A stretch of DNA of 64,000 nt from Yuukianura sp. NJ FZ-2021. Taxonomy: Eukaryota. Positions within the stretch are counted from its first letter, which is position 1. The number at the start of each line of letters is the position of its first letter. Under the pieces are notes generated by a model, which saw nothing but the letters and a program-made list of their open reading frames with translations, ran no database searches and was not told the origin of the DNA. Shown one piece after another: positions 1 through 13,418 of this stretch. Made by a program: the position numbers and the translations under genes. The stretch covers positions 14,136,001 through 14,200,000 of the forward strand of contig CM102290.1 in NCBI GenBank assembly GCA_046563655.1. Reading direction: 5' to 3'.

Positions 1-110
1 GAAGGTTATGTCAAAGTTAAGGCTAACTTAACGTCAAGATTAAGTCTACATTAATGTTGAGGTTAAGTTTAGATTAACTTTAAGGCTAAGTTTAGTTTAA
101 CTTTGTTTAC

Positions 111-3100
111 CTTGAGTACTGACGGAATAGCATCAGCTGTTGCATTGATAACTACTGGTTCTGGATCAATCATGAGTAGGATAAGAGCTCTTAGCAGAGT
201 GCCAACATGTGGTTTGATATCAGCCTTTGTCTTGGCCAAAAAGCTCGACAGCAGTAGGACTCCAGGAACACGGTTGCCCTTCTTGACATGCTTACAACAA
301 TCCAGTAGATCTTCAATTACCAGCCTCACTCCTAATTCATCTTCAACCGACAACAAAACGTTTTCGCAGTGACTCAGATCAGCGTCAAACGTTGAAGTCT
401 CCAGTGACTTCTTCAAAGTAGCCACCAGTACTGGAAAGATCTTTGGCAGTTGACGTGACAAAGCCTCTCCAGCCACTGAGCACAGGATTCCAAGTGCCTT
501 TAAGTTGGCTGGAGGTGCAATCAGCTGTGGAATCAAGTAGGGCATGACAGCCTTTGATTTGGCTTGAAGCACTTGACACAGTCCATCCAGAGCATAACTT
601 CCCTCTTCCTCATCTTCCAACTTCTTCAACAGAAACGGCAGTATTTCATCCAGTGCTCGTGTTCCCACTGTAGTATGGAGACTTCCGAACGTTTGAGCAG
701 CAGCACGTCGTACGAAAACGACTGGATCACAAAGTGCCTTTCGTAAAGTCGGGACCAAATTTTCAACAAAAGCTAAAACCATTTCCTTGCTCGTTGCTGC
801 CATAATTTCTGACAATCCAATGCAAACTCCTTGTCTCTCTTCTGGTCTTGGACATTCCAGGCCCTTCTCCAGTATCGGTATAATTTCTGGAAGAATCTTC
901 TCTCCTAACTTCCTCACGAGATCACCCAGTGTCCTGGCTGCTACATGTCTTTTGTCATGTGATCCACTTGCCAAGAAGTTGAGGATAAGCGAAAACAGAG
1001 TTGGCAGAATTTCTCTCAGAGTCTTTGGTGTATTGGCCACAATGACTTTCCAGACGTGAAGGGCCGCTTGACGAACCATAAGAGCAACATCGGATCGACC
1101 AAGATACAATCCCGCCAGAATTTGATCTCTTCGTTCTTGTCCCAGTTTTTCAATAATCAGAGTTTGTGAGCCTTCCGTTCCAAAGTTGTCATCATCTCCA
1201 GCTGATTCTGTGCTCATCTTTCCAGAAACTCCGGAGATTTTGTAGAGAAGATCACCGAGAAGTTGTACCGAAGAGTACCGAATTCTCCAGTTATCGTCAA
1301 AGATTCCTTGGCGTAGTTGTGGCAGCAGAAGAAGGATGGCAGTATCAGCATATCCAGTGACAATACGTTGTCCAGCACGCAGAGCCGTCTCTCTCACAAA
1401 CTCATTTTCATCTGCTAGAGCCTTTAGAATTGGATTGATAATTTCACCAATGTAGGGCACAAAGTCATTTTCAAACACCGTTGGCATGTAGATAAACATC
1501 ATCATGTAACCATCTCTCACATGAGGTGGTATATCATCAGAATCTGCTTTTCGGATAATTTCTACACACAAAAACACACAAAATTAAGATATTTTCTAAA
1601 ACACTTTTCTGAAAAAAAGTTTTTCCAAATTCTAAAAAGTTGTCTAACCTGGCATGAATCGCTCCAATTTGTCTACTCCAAGAGCACCAATGACTTCAGA
1701 GAGACCTTGAGCTGCTCCAGATCTATCCACAGAGTTAGTTTCAGAAACAAGAGTCTTCATCAACCATGGCAACAGATCGTCATAACTCTTTTCGCCCATT
1801 CCGCGAGTCATTGATCCCAGAGCCTTCGCCGCTACCGTCCGAACTTCCGGTACTGGATCGAGTAGTGAAGCACGAATTCCTGGCATCACATTTTTCAAAT
1901 ACGGCGCCAAATCTTTGTGATCCGTCAAAGAAAACATGTTTCCAATAATTTGACACGCGAGTCTCCTGTTCTCCGTAGATCGATCCAGAAAAGCTCTTTC
2001 AACTACCGGCATAATGAGAGCCAGTGACGGAGAGTCCACCATATGCACAAACTCCGTTTTGAGTAAACTGTTCAAACACGGTGTGGTTTTCTTTGCAGGG
2101 TCTTGAAGTGCTTGCAGTAGTACTGGCACGACTGTTTGAATCTCTGGATTCCTAATGACTGAACCAATCACACTCAGAGCCTTGGCTGCCGAATCTTGAA
2201 CTTTGACATGAGAGTCTCCCAGGACTTCAATCAGATGAGGCACAATCATAGGGAGACATCCAGAAAGTTGTTTTGGAGCACAGTAGGCCATTCTTCCTAG
2301 CAAATCCACCGATCCGCATTTCGTACGCCAAGAGTCTTCGTTGAGTGCTGTCAGAAGAGCAGGCAGGACGAGCTTGACCCCGTGACCTGACAGACGGCTC
2401 ATGACGGCTCTCGCTGTGTTTTCTGTGGCTTCTCGAACGTATTGATTTCCATCTCCCAGACACTGGAGCAAGTATGGCAAAACATGGACAATGTACGGCT
2501 CAAACAGACGACCAAGAAAATCACAGAGCAGTTCCAAGGCCATGAGGGCCCCTTCGCGACGTCTAAAATTTTTCTTGTCTTGCATTCCTTCTGCCAGGAC
2601 ATTCATGATGTCAAACTGTTTTAGCGAAAGAACGCCCAGTCCCTTGATGATTCCTGCCAGACCGTACGCTGCTCCTCGTCTATAACCAAGCATAAACATT
2701 GTTTATAAACATAAACAGTATGATAAACATAAAATTACTTTTATAGTTGTGACAAATAAGTAAACGTTTTCGACGAAAACGTTTAGATATTTGTCATTGT
2801 CACAACTATAAAGAAGAAAGTTTAGCAGAAAACGAAAAGTGTTCGTTTTCTTCTAAACGCTCTTCAAACGTTTTCGTTTTGTTTCTTGTTTCGTAACGTT
2901 TTCCTTACCTCTGTCCGTACACTTCGGCTGTCAAAGCCTTCTTGATTAGTCCGTCGACGATTTTGGCAGCATCTTCCTCTATGGCAGGTACGAGCGCTGG
3001 AAGACAATTTGCAACTGCTTCTTGGACCTGATTTCAAACAAAAATCAGAAAATTCTCAAAAACGTTGGTCAAATTTTCAAAAATGTCAGTATACTGCTGG

Positions 3101-6100
3101 AGTTGAAATTTCAAAATTTTGATAATTTTACCTTCTCTGATGGAGTTGAGAGTGTTTCGAGTAACGTCATGAAAATAGACTTGACCCGAGGATCTTTAGG
3201 GTCAATGTGTCTGGCCAAACATCCCATAAGCACTACACACGACTGACGAACTCTGTCCAAGTGACTGGAGTCTCCAGGTTGGTCCAGATGAGACTCAATC
3301 AGCGTCGCAAATCCCTCCATACACTCTAAAAAGTTAAAATTCAAATCATTTTCGAAAAAAAGATCAAAATTTGAAATTTCAAACCTTTGCCATGAAGCTG
3401 GACAATGTTTAGAGCCGCATCTAGCATGGCCATGTGCACTGTGGGATGTCGATCCAAGAAAGTAGTCGATACAAGCCACTTCATTGTGCTCATCGCCTTT
3501 CAAAAAACAACAAAGTCACGTCATTTCCACTCAAAATTCAAAAGTTTTTTTCTCAAAATTTTAGTTTCAAAATTCAAAATTTTTACTTACAAGGTACGCA
3601 GGCATCCATTTGGCCAATTCGTTCACTCCGAGACCAGCTCCATGCCGTCCCTCCCAAGTATCCACACCTTCTTGCAAAACACGTCCAAAGTCGTCCATCA
3701 CAGGCGGTGTCATGCGCGAAAAATCTTCGTAGATGAAAAGCAAATCCGTCACAACAACGTCAATGTGCTCAGCATACTCTTCCATCAGTGCACCAAGAGC
3801 CTTTGCCGCTGACGTTCTGATTTCCAGGCAGGGGTCAACGATACCTTCATAAAAACCAAAACCACATTTCAAAAAATCAATTTTTTCAAAATTTTGAACT
3901 TTCTCGGTTACCTTTTAGTAAAAGTTCATGCAGTCCAAAATTCTTTTCGAATCCACGAGTAGCCCAAATTTTCTTTGCCAATTCTTCAATTTCCGGTACT
4001 TGGTCATAGCAGAGCTGAAACACGGCAGCGATTAATTTCTGTTGATCTTCATCTGATAAGCGATCCAACTCTGGATAAGCTTCGGACATAGCCTGAATCC
4101 AAAACAAAAAATATTATTATGCATAGTATATTTCGTATTATATAAAATATATTTAAATATATAAATGCATATAATATAATAAGTCCCTTACACGAAGTGC
4201 AGCATCTCTGGCTACCATAAGATGACTATGGAATCCCTTCAAGTGGACTTCAAGTTCCTCTGAATCTGGGTCAGGACTTAAGGGCTCTCCGCAGGATTTG
4301 GCAAGTTCAAGCAGCACATTCACAGCAGTTTGCTGAACACGGTGCTCCGTTGTTCCTAAAAAACCAGCACAGGTTTCAGAAAAATGTTTCGTGTTTCGAT
4401 TTTTTTCGTTTTTTTTGAAAAAGTTTACCAATCAAATGATACAGCAACTGCGTGAGGTCTCTTCTGGGAATGAATTCTGGCGAGTGGTCGAATCCGTTGG
4501 CACGAGCTTTGAGCATTGCCATCGTACAGTCCAGAATGGCCGTCATGACCTGCGCAGAAGGCGTCTTCGAGCGTGAGTGAATGACTTGTTTGAAAAACGG
4601 AAAAATGAAGGCGTAGTTGGCAGCGTTGAAGTCTTCATTCCCTTTAGCGGCCTAAAAAACAAGAAAAAGTTTCAAAAAAAAATATTTTTTTTTAACTTTC
4701 AAATCTTTAGAACTAACTTTTTTTGAAAATTTACCTCCACCAATTTCGTCAGTAGCGACGGAAGTGCTGCTTCCAGTTTCACTGTTTCGTATTCATGACT
4801 AAGATCACACTGTGGATTGAACGCTTTTATGCTCACATTCGACACAACTTCGCCTAAAAACGTAACAAAAATGCCAACATTCAGAGAAAAGTGACCATTT
4901 TTGTTACAATTCGATCGAAATGTTGGATTTTCGAAAAACCAAGTTTAAAATTTTAGTCAAACTTGCCCAAATTTTTGTCAAATCGGAAGAGAGCAGTGCC
5001 CAAATCCAAGTAGAACTTGACTGCATAGGGAGATGAGAGTGGACTTGACATGAGGTCAATGATGTCTCCAAGAAAGTCTTTGACATTGAACCCCAGAGCA
5101 CCAACATTCCCTTTCAAGGCGGAGTTTATAAGCAGAAATCCAGACTGCAGACGGTGATCAATCTTCAAAAACAAAAACAAAAAACAAATCAAAATTTTGA
5201 AAATCCGAAAATTTTGGCTTTACATACCGTTCTGACGTTCTTTCTAATCAAATCTTCCTTCTCCAACTGACTTTTCATGACATCTTTTTGCTTCTGTGTC
5301 AACTTCGGTTCTTTTCCAGCCTCTTTTCGCTTCTTTTCCAGCTCCTTCCTAAGGTTAATCTCTTCCAATTGTTCCTTGTACGAATACGCTTTGCTCTCTC
5401 GCTTCATGTTCCCCATCACATCAAATTCATGACTGAAAAAAAAACACAAACAATTTTCAAACTTTTGAAATTTCGAAATCAACAAGATTCTTACGTTTCT
5501 AGAACCGAATTGTCGAAAAGTTGTCCCTCCGGAGTATGATAGATGAAGTACTCGTCTCTCGTCACTTTTTTATAGTCGAGTCCCTTTATCAAATCTTGAA
5601 ACGCCTCCACAAGCTTCTCCACCACAACTTCACCGTGGACGAGCGACAGCGTCTCCAAAATAGGTCCACGGTTGACTATCTCCTCGTCCGTGACGTACTT
5701 CATGAGGCGACTGGTCCAGTACTTCCCAACTAACTTATCTGGACGAAGGCCCATCAGTTGGACAATGCTTAACCAGTAGTTGGGACGACTGCCGATTGAA
5801 AGTGGGAGGAGCTCAAGAGCAGCCACTTCAAGCTCCTCCCCCTCCAGCAGCTCCTTGAACACCGATCCCAGGAACCGCAGAATCTCCATCCTCACATGGT
5901 CCTTGAACAAATTCAAAAATTTCAAAATTTTCAAAAAATTGCACAATTTTCAAAAACTTTGTGAGTCTTACATTTGTTTCAGGTACGTTACGCTCAAAAG
6001 CTCGAATAACATCAAGCGTCAAACTCTGACGGTTGCTTCCCTGTAGCACCTCTTTGATCAAAGCCTTTGGTTTCTTTCTTGCCTAAAAACAGAAAAAAAA

Positions 6101-7977
6101 AGAACAATTAGTAAAAGATGTCAATGTGCTATTTTTTGTACATTTCATATGTTTTTACCTCGTATTGCTTCACAGTCGCTGCTAATGCTAAAGCGTCAAA
6201 GGCAGTTGGTCGCACTTTTTCGTAATGATCTTGAATAAGACGCTGTGCAAACGTAGCCACAATGTCAGCACAGCCGAGAGCATCGCTGTCAACCAGTTTC
6301 CGGTCAACGTGTTGCGGTAAACAGCGGATCAGGAGGAGAAGTGAATCGGAAGGAGCCGACGGAGCTACCATCAGAACCAATCCAAGGCACAAACATTCCA
6401 GCAAGTTAGAACCCTGAAAACACACAAAAACATCAATAAGCATAAAAATCAGCTTTTCAAAATTTCACTTTTTCCAAAAATTTTACCTGAAAAAGTTGAG
6501 GACTCATCTTTTCAAATGCTTTTTGAATAGGATCGACATTATCCGTCAAGAACTTGTTCCTTGGAAAATAGAAGTAGGTGGCAATCAATCTGCAGAAAGA
6601 CGTTCGCACAGGGCCCTTGAGATTAGTCAGACCCTTGGACACATAAGTTTGAAATGAAGGGACTGAATGGTCCACCAGTGGCTTGCACCATAAAGTCATG
6701 ACATTCAGGTATTCAATCAGAGTTCCCTCATGAACTAAAAGGAAAAAGTTCAAAATTTAGAAAAAGTTTCAAAATTTTGAACATTCATGAATACCTTCAA
6801 CGTCTAAAGCCTTGATGCAAGTATCAAAAACATAAGTTGCAACTTGGCTCATCGCATCCGACGGCTCCACACAGTAACTGATTTCTCCAATTGCCTGTAG
6901 CCACAAACTTTTTGAAAAAATTCTTAAAATTTTTGGAAAAAAAAACTGACCCGCAGAATACTGATTTTGTGTACTGCAACGGTGAGTTTCCCTTCAGCGC
7001 CGTTGAGTACTGCAAAGTATCTTTCGACAAGCGTTTTCACAGCTGATGGTTGTTGAATCTAATAAAAAGTTCAGTTTTTATAACTTTTTGAAACTTTTAA
7101 AAAGTTTTCAGAAAACGTTGATAAAACGTACTTTCTTTGCCAGGATTCTGGAGGCTGTCAGTGCATGTTCTCTCGACAAATCGTCAGTCGAATGGAGGCT
7201 CGTGGCAAACATTTTACCCAAATCAGCTGAGAAGTCACTCAAATCTACATTGAGGCCGCTTAGCGTTGCAGCAACTCTCTAAAAAAGTGTAAATTAAGTT
7301 AGTCGAGAGGAATTGATGAATGATAATTGAAGTGTTCATACTTGAATTGATGTCTCTGGAGAGCGGAGCATAGCCTTTTGACAAGCAGGTAGAATGACTG
7401 AGCCAAAGTCCTCTGACGAAACGACATGTGACAGAAGGTGTTGTGAGATCTGGGTAACAATCCATTCCGATTCTGATTCCTTGGGCAAGATGACCTCTCG
7501 AATGTACTTGGCCACAACTTCCTTCCGGAACTCTGGGACTCTCGATTGGCCAAGGGTATCTTCCAGAATTTTGTACTTTTCCATGTAAGTGACTGCGTAG
7601 CCCAAGGCCAGAAGACTCTTGTCAGTGCCCAGGAGCCCTTCCAGAACTGTCTTCCGCTTGTCACTTGGCAGAGCACTGAAGAACTGACGAAGGTGTCTCC
7701 TCGCGTAGTAACCAAATCGACCATGCTGAATTTGTGAAGTTAGTAGAACGAGTATGTGATAAAACCTTGGTGGTAGGTCTTGATCCTTCGGCGTATCGAT
7801 GAGTAGCTTCCGAAGTATTGCCAGAGCATCTTTACTCGTCGGTGACCTGTAACAACAAACAGAAAAAGTAAGAGCTAGTCGTCCGTCTTACTAAACGTCA
7901 TCAGCTTCTTAGCTTATCTACATTTTGGAAGCCATATCTGTCTCAATTACTAATCGGCAATCAACTCCACCTTCCAT
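111..7977 (-). CDS. GCN1: eIF2-alpha kinase activator GCN1 (HEAT-repeat protein), multi-exon; 3' end lies beyond the left window edge
   Basis: Exon ORFs translate to GCN1 motifs: RRGAAYGLAGIIKGLG, GRLFEPYIVHVLP, LSGHGVKLVLPALL, WRTKCGSVDLLG, MAYCAPKQLS, DDNWRIRYSSVQLLGDLL, AYSYKEQLEEINLRKELEKK. Many short GT-AG introns. Last visible exon ends at a donor at 110/111. Start codon uncertain (ATG at 7977 or 7935, or further upstream exons). Confidence 0.95.
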
Positions 7978-9105
7978 ATGTGATCATGGACCATGTCCAA
8001 ACCCCCCTTTACACACTTATACGTTGTACAAACGTTCAATTAGTAAAATATATGCATACGTGACATGTTTGACTCTTCTTTTGTCCCAATTTGACATCGA
8101 CATCGTTCCGGGTTGGTCCGTTACCTTTTCCTTACTAAACTAGTGAATACTCCTGATCTAATCAATTAGAAAACCACAAAAACAAGTTAGTAGAGTACCA
8201 ATTAATTCAAATAGTGGAGCTTATGAGTTACAACTGCTAATGCGTAGCTGATAAACTGAAGGAAATACGTTGTGTTTTTGGATTTACAAGCAAAAGAAGT
8301 TCAGCCGGCATCGAAAGTTTTTACCCACTGCAAAATAATGTAATGCAAAAAACATCACATTTCATATTTTGAACTTCGCACTTACAGTTCGTAGTCATAA
8401 AAACAGAAAAAGATGTGAAATATTAAATTTACTTTCAATTAATTGTCAACTTTAAATAACCATTACAATTAATTTAATCCCTTATCAAAATATAAATAAA
8501 AATCACTTAAGTTTCATATTAAACTATTGATCATAATATTGACAAAATTAAATCGGGTAACAGTTTTATTAAATTTCTAAGTTACTCTCGCCCTTAAATT
8601 AGGAACAACAAATTTCATAAAATATTTTACATATTTAAATATATTTTGAATATATTTTATAATATATAAAATACGATAGATAAATAGAGTATAAGGTCAT
8701 TGACTATAAATTTAGAAAGGCTGCACACAGAGAACAAAGAACCTAATAAGACCAACCCAATTTTCACAAAGTTTTAAATTCAAATTAGTTCAATTAGAAT
8801 AAAAATTATTGAAATTAAAAAAACACCTTTTAACGTATTTTGCAGTTTTGCAATAACGTATTCTGCATTACGTATTTCGCACTTTTATACATTTACATAA
8901 CAAAATGTAATAACAATACTCAAACAAAGTATTTTCTTTTTACCTAAAATTAATTGAGCAACCCATAACTTATAGTTTTAGTATAAATTTAAATTAAGTT
9001 AATTGAAAGTAACCATAGATTATTGTCTGGAACAAAGAACATTACGAATTAAGTTACGAATTGCTTCACTCTTTGTTTCGTTTTTTGGTAGATTTCAGTA
9101 CTTCT

Positions 9106-11019
9106 TTAGGCATCAGTGGTAAGGCCATCACCGGCTCCGTCGTTGTACGGACGCAATTCTTCCTCCAGCGTTCCAATTTCACTTTTGAGTCGAGTACGCA
9201 TGGCCGTTCCAGTTGATTTATCACCAATTTGTTTCAGCATGTGACGCAAAGTCTCTCGTTTTCCTGGAATATTGTTGAAAATCCTAACAGTTTTGTCACC
9301 ACAGCTCACCACATATTTGTCTCCTTCTCCAAATGCCAAATCCCGAATTGGAACTGTTTCAAAAACGTTTCAAAATTTCAGAAAACGTATAGTTGTCGAA
9401 GTTATTGCTAAATAGTACCTTCGTAGTTGACGTCTACAGTGCTACCGACAGGAATTCCGCCCATGAGGACAGAGAAAAAGTGAATTTCGTTTCCAGCACC
9501 AACGATGAGCACAAATCCATCAGCTGAGAGACGAACAACTGGCAGGGGCGGATTGTCGCTGTCAGTGGCCATGACAGATTCTGGGATAGAGCCACTACAC
9601 AACTCAGAGGGACGGATACCTAACGAACACAATTAATCGATTAATCGATTAATTGAAAACTAACTACTGAATCAAATGTTACCTTGCAGGTCATAGAGTC
9701 TCCAGAGGAGTTTCTTGCCCTGATGAGCAAGTGCCACAATCTTGGATGAGTCCCGACTCCAGTCAATTGCCAGTACTTCTCCAGCAGCTTTTGTCCAAAT
9801 CTGTTTGTGTCCGGACAGTAAGATCTTCGTATGATAATCCAAGTCCTGAGCCACGTCCATCACGAACAGATTGACATTGTCCTTGTACTTGCCACAGAAA
9901 GCGATGAATCGTCCACAGTGTGACATCCTGGCGACGTTCGTCTTTCCTTCTCCAACGATCGCGTGTTTCCCTATGGGTGAGCCCTTAAAGTTCCACAAGG
10001 CCACATGACTCTCCTTATCACAGGTTATTAAGCACTTGGGATGAATTCCAATACCAACAATTGGAGCAGAGTGATCCTGCAGTAGTCAATTAATCTGATT
10101 AATAATTAGTTACTCAATTAATTTAAACCAAAAAGTAACTAGATTGTTAATGTCTTCGCCCTTCGCTTCTTACAGTCTTTGCTTTGACGGCTTGCTGAAT
10201 GCGGGAACCGCCTTCGACCAAGTCAGCCTTCTTGACAATCTTGTACACTTCGACACTGTTGTCCGCTTTGGCTACCATGAAGGCCTTATTGTCCGGACTG
10301 AAGCAAACTGAAATGAAGAACAAAGTCAGCTGATTCAAAGTTAATAAATTGATGGTTAGTTGGCTCACTGATTTTGGCAGCGTCGAATCCTAAATTGGCA
10401 CGATATTGTGTATGGTCAGGCGAAGAAAAGTTTTTAGTATGCCACAGAAAGACAACTCGATCTACAACATTAAAGAAAATTGAGGTGAATTTAGATATAC
10501 ATTTCATTAAACGAATTCAAATAATCGAATAGTAAACTATTTTCAATTACCTGTGCCAACAGTGGCTAAGTACTTGAAGTTAGGTGAAAACTCCATTGCC
10601 AGTACTTCGCCAGAGTGCCCCTTCAAGTTAGTCTGGAACCATTCGCACTCCGGATTGTAGTCTTGTTTAGATTGTTTATGCTCACGACCTTTGACTTGCT
10701 TCTTCTTCTTGGCTCCCTTTCCTTCACTAATGCTTACTCTCCCACCAGAGTCTTTCCGAGACCTAGCAATCTTGGCAGCATTCGCTATTCAACATAAGCA
10801 ACATGATTAGTACAAAGTTAGACTCTGGTTTTCATCTTTGAATCGTTGAATTAAGATCATGTGCATACCAGCCCTGTCCCGCTCTCTCTTTTCAGCATGC
10901 GAAGCCAGTTTGATCAGAACGTAAATGAGGAAGGCCACAATAATGGAGAATATGCCAAGGTAAAACACGTTCCTCATAAACGTCTCTCCAGCAGTTTCCG
11001 TTGACGTTCCAGCGGCCAT
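9106..11019 (-). CDS. TBL2: Transducin beta-like protein 2 (WD40 repeats with N-terminal transmembrane anchor), multi-exon
   Basis: N-terminal hydrophobic segment VFYLGIFSIIVAFLIYVLI. WD exons read LKGHSGEVLAMEFSPNFKYLATVG, VFLWHTKNF...YRANLGFDAAKI, FSPDNKAFMV, ARMSHCGRFIAFCG and YVVSCGDKTVRIFNNIPG, followed by a C-terminal coiled coil, matching TBL2 architecture. ATG at 11019, TAA at 9106. Confidence 0.85.
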
Positions 11020-11849
11020 GTTTCTCCACACTGGAGACAAGCAAACCAATCAATTAAAAACATGGAATGACTATTGTTAGACTATCTGGAAAACTTACAT
11101 TTGTTCAACTCTGTCTAAAGTAGATTGAAGACACAAGACTCGTCTTCGCTTATTTCACGTCTCCAGACAACTCCCACCAATTGACACTCCACCTGAATGA
11201 CACTGATTAAGCACAACTAATTGACAATTGTCAATGCCTCATCAATTAATTGATCAATTGATAATTACCTTGCCAGAAACAGCTGTTGTACCGGTAATCG
11301 TTGAATCTTTCTTCTTTCCAGAAAATCTTCAACTCGACTCGAGGCGACGTGTTCAAAACACGAAGAAAAAAAAACAGAAAAAGAAACCTCGGCGCCTCTC
11401 TCAAAAAAACTGCAAAGAAAAAAAAACACAACAAAATTAATAAAATTCAAATTTTTGCCGCCATTCAATTTCAATTCAAAATCTCAATTTGCCCCGATCA
11501 AGTGGCGTATTACGCACAAAATGTAGGAACAATAAACATTCTTAGGAACAATAAGCCTAATCTCAAAAATGTTAAATTAAAAGCATTCAATAAATTAAAA
11601 TAATTCAAACACTAGTTGAATGATTAACATATCTTTTATGTTATCATAATTCATTACATAATCAGGATATAAATTATACCATATTCGTGATATATATTTA
11701 TGATAAAAAACGACGTAAGACTCTAGATCACTAAACCTTTATAAAACGTTAAACGTTAAAACTCCAAGGAACTAAGAAGCACTAAATTAGAATATAATCT
11801 GTAGGAAGGTTACTGGCGGTTACTTAATGTTACTTTGATGGTTACGTAG

Positions 11850-12513
11850 TTACTTATTATCACGATGTTCCAAGCCAGCCTTGAAACCCACCTTGTAGCC
11901 TGCCCTATACGCTGCATACATTGCCTTGACGATGCTGTCATCTTCATCGTCACCGTCATCTGGAGAAATGGACTCATTGCTCTCTTCTTGTTTCTGCTTT
12001 TGTTCCATGTAAGCAGCATACAACTTTCCAGAACATTTCGGACGAGCCTTTCTTTCCGATTCGGGAGGTGGGAAGACCGCATTGTACAAAAGTCCACTGC
12101 CACGACTATTCCTTGGTGGTTCTGATTTAGGTGGAGGACTAAGTAGCACTGGGGTTGACTGTAACGTTGGGATAGAGATGCTAGAAGTTGGCATGACCCA
12201 AGTATGGCTGTTGTGGATCAAAGGAGGCACACTGGTGACGACTGGTACCCAGTTTCCTGGAGGCAACGATTCCTCAACGACATAGATATTTCCGAGCATC
12301 TTTTCCTTGTCAAAGGCAGCATTGATTTCAGTGTCGTCCCAAGGATCCGATCCACTGCTACTCCCAGCATATCCCACCTTATACCAAAGAATTAGAACTT
12401 TGTCGGGTAATTCATCGCTTTTGTGACGTTTGTCTTTCGTTTCTTACTTCATATAATGTGTTGTGCGTGTTGCGTTGTTGACCTGGGATGAAAGTAAATG
12501 GTGGGAACGACAT
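11850..12513 (-). CDS. SMN: Survival motor neuron (SMN)-like protein, divergent, lacking a recognisable Tudor domain
   Basis: Spliced N-terminus TLYE|VGYAGSSSGSDPWDDTEINAAFDK (70-nt GT-AG intron 12378-12447) resembles the SMN Gemin2-binding motif (VLFRRG...SDIWDDTALIKAYDK). Pro-rich middle. C-terminal DDSIVKAMYAAYRAGYKVGFKAG resembles the YG-box. Start at ATG 12513 is tentative. Confidence 0.65.
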
Positions 12514-13418
12514 TTCGTTTTCGCTACGATTTGATCCTCTTCCTCTAAGTTCGTTTATTGCTGTAACACTGGAGCTGCAAATTCATAAGCACAAATTCTT
12601 ATGTTACGACACTGAACTGACACTGACAGTGCTATTTGGCGTGTCCATTGGTTATCGTAAGCAGTATTTTCTTTTGGACAGACCTTATCACTGTCACACC
12701 GATGATCCCGAATCCCGGGTCGTCACCTTTCGGAAGTTTCTGTCCACTTGAGTATTCAATCCTTCTCGCCTATGATGTAAGTGTCCGCTGTACAACAAAA
12801 AGAAAACGACGTTTCCAAAACGTTTGAACAAATAGAAAAACGTATTGATAAAAATTAGTCTAGTTGATTACTCTTTGTGCAAGAGTAACGAGTCCAACGA
12901 GAATAGAATGCTTTTGGCTTTCCCTTACCGCGTACCGATACGCCGTCGCAAAGCAGAATCCGGTGACCTCTGATGACCTGCTTCTTTTTGCTCAAATCCA
13001 CGTCCACCTCTCGCTCCTGCAACCAATTACGAACTGACGAGTTGAGGAATCTACTGGAACTGGAGAGTACGGGGAAAAACACGCGGGCAACAACACAAAA
13101 CGCTCCTTCACACAACACTGTTCACCCACATCAACACGGTGGTCACTACATCAGATAAAAGTTATCGCTTATCACTGGAAACTTATCGCTTATCGCCGAT
13201 TTCTTATAAGTCAATCGTTCGGAATTTACTTTTTAAAATTTTAAGGTGTTTAAATCTACTTAATTAGTACCCTATGATTTATGATTTTGGCGAGTTAGGA
13301 ACACAACTGAAAAAAAAAATTACTGGAGGTGGGGGGTATGATTGTGAGCATGCTAAACATTAAGATCCTTTGGTTAATTAACGTCTAAAAAGTTAACTGT
13401 TAATTAAATTGTGACTAA

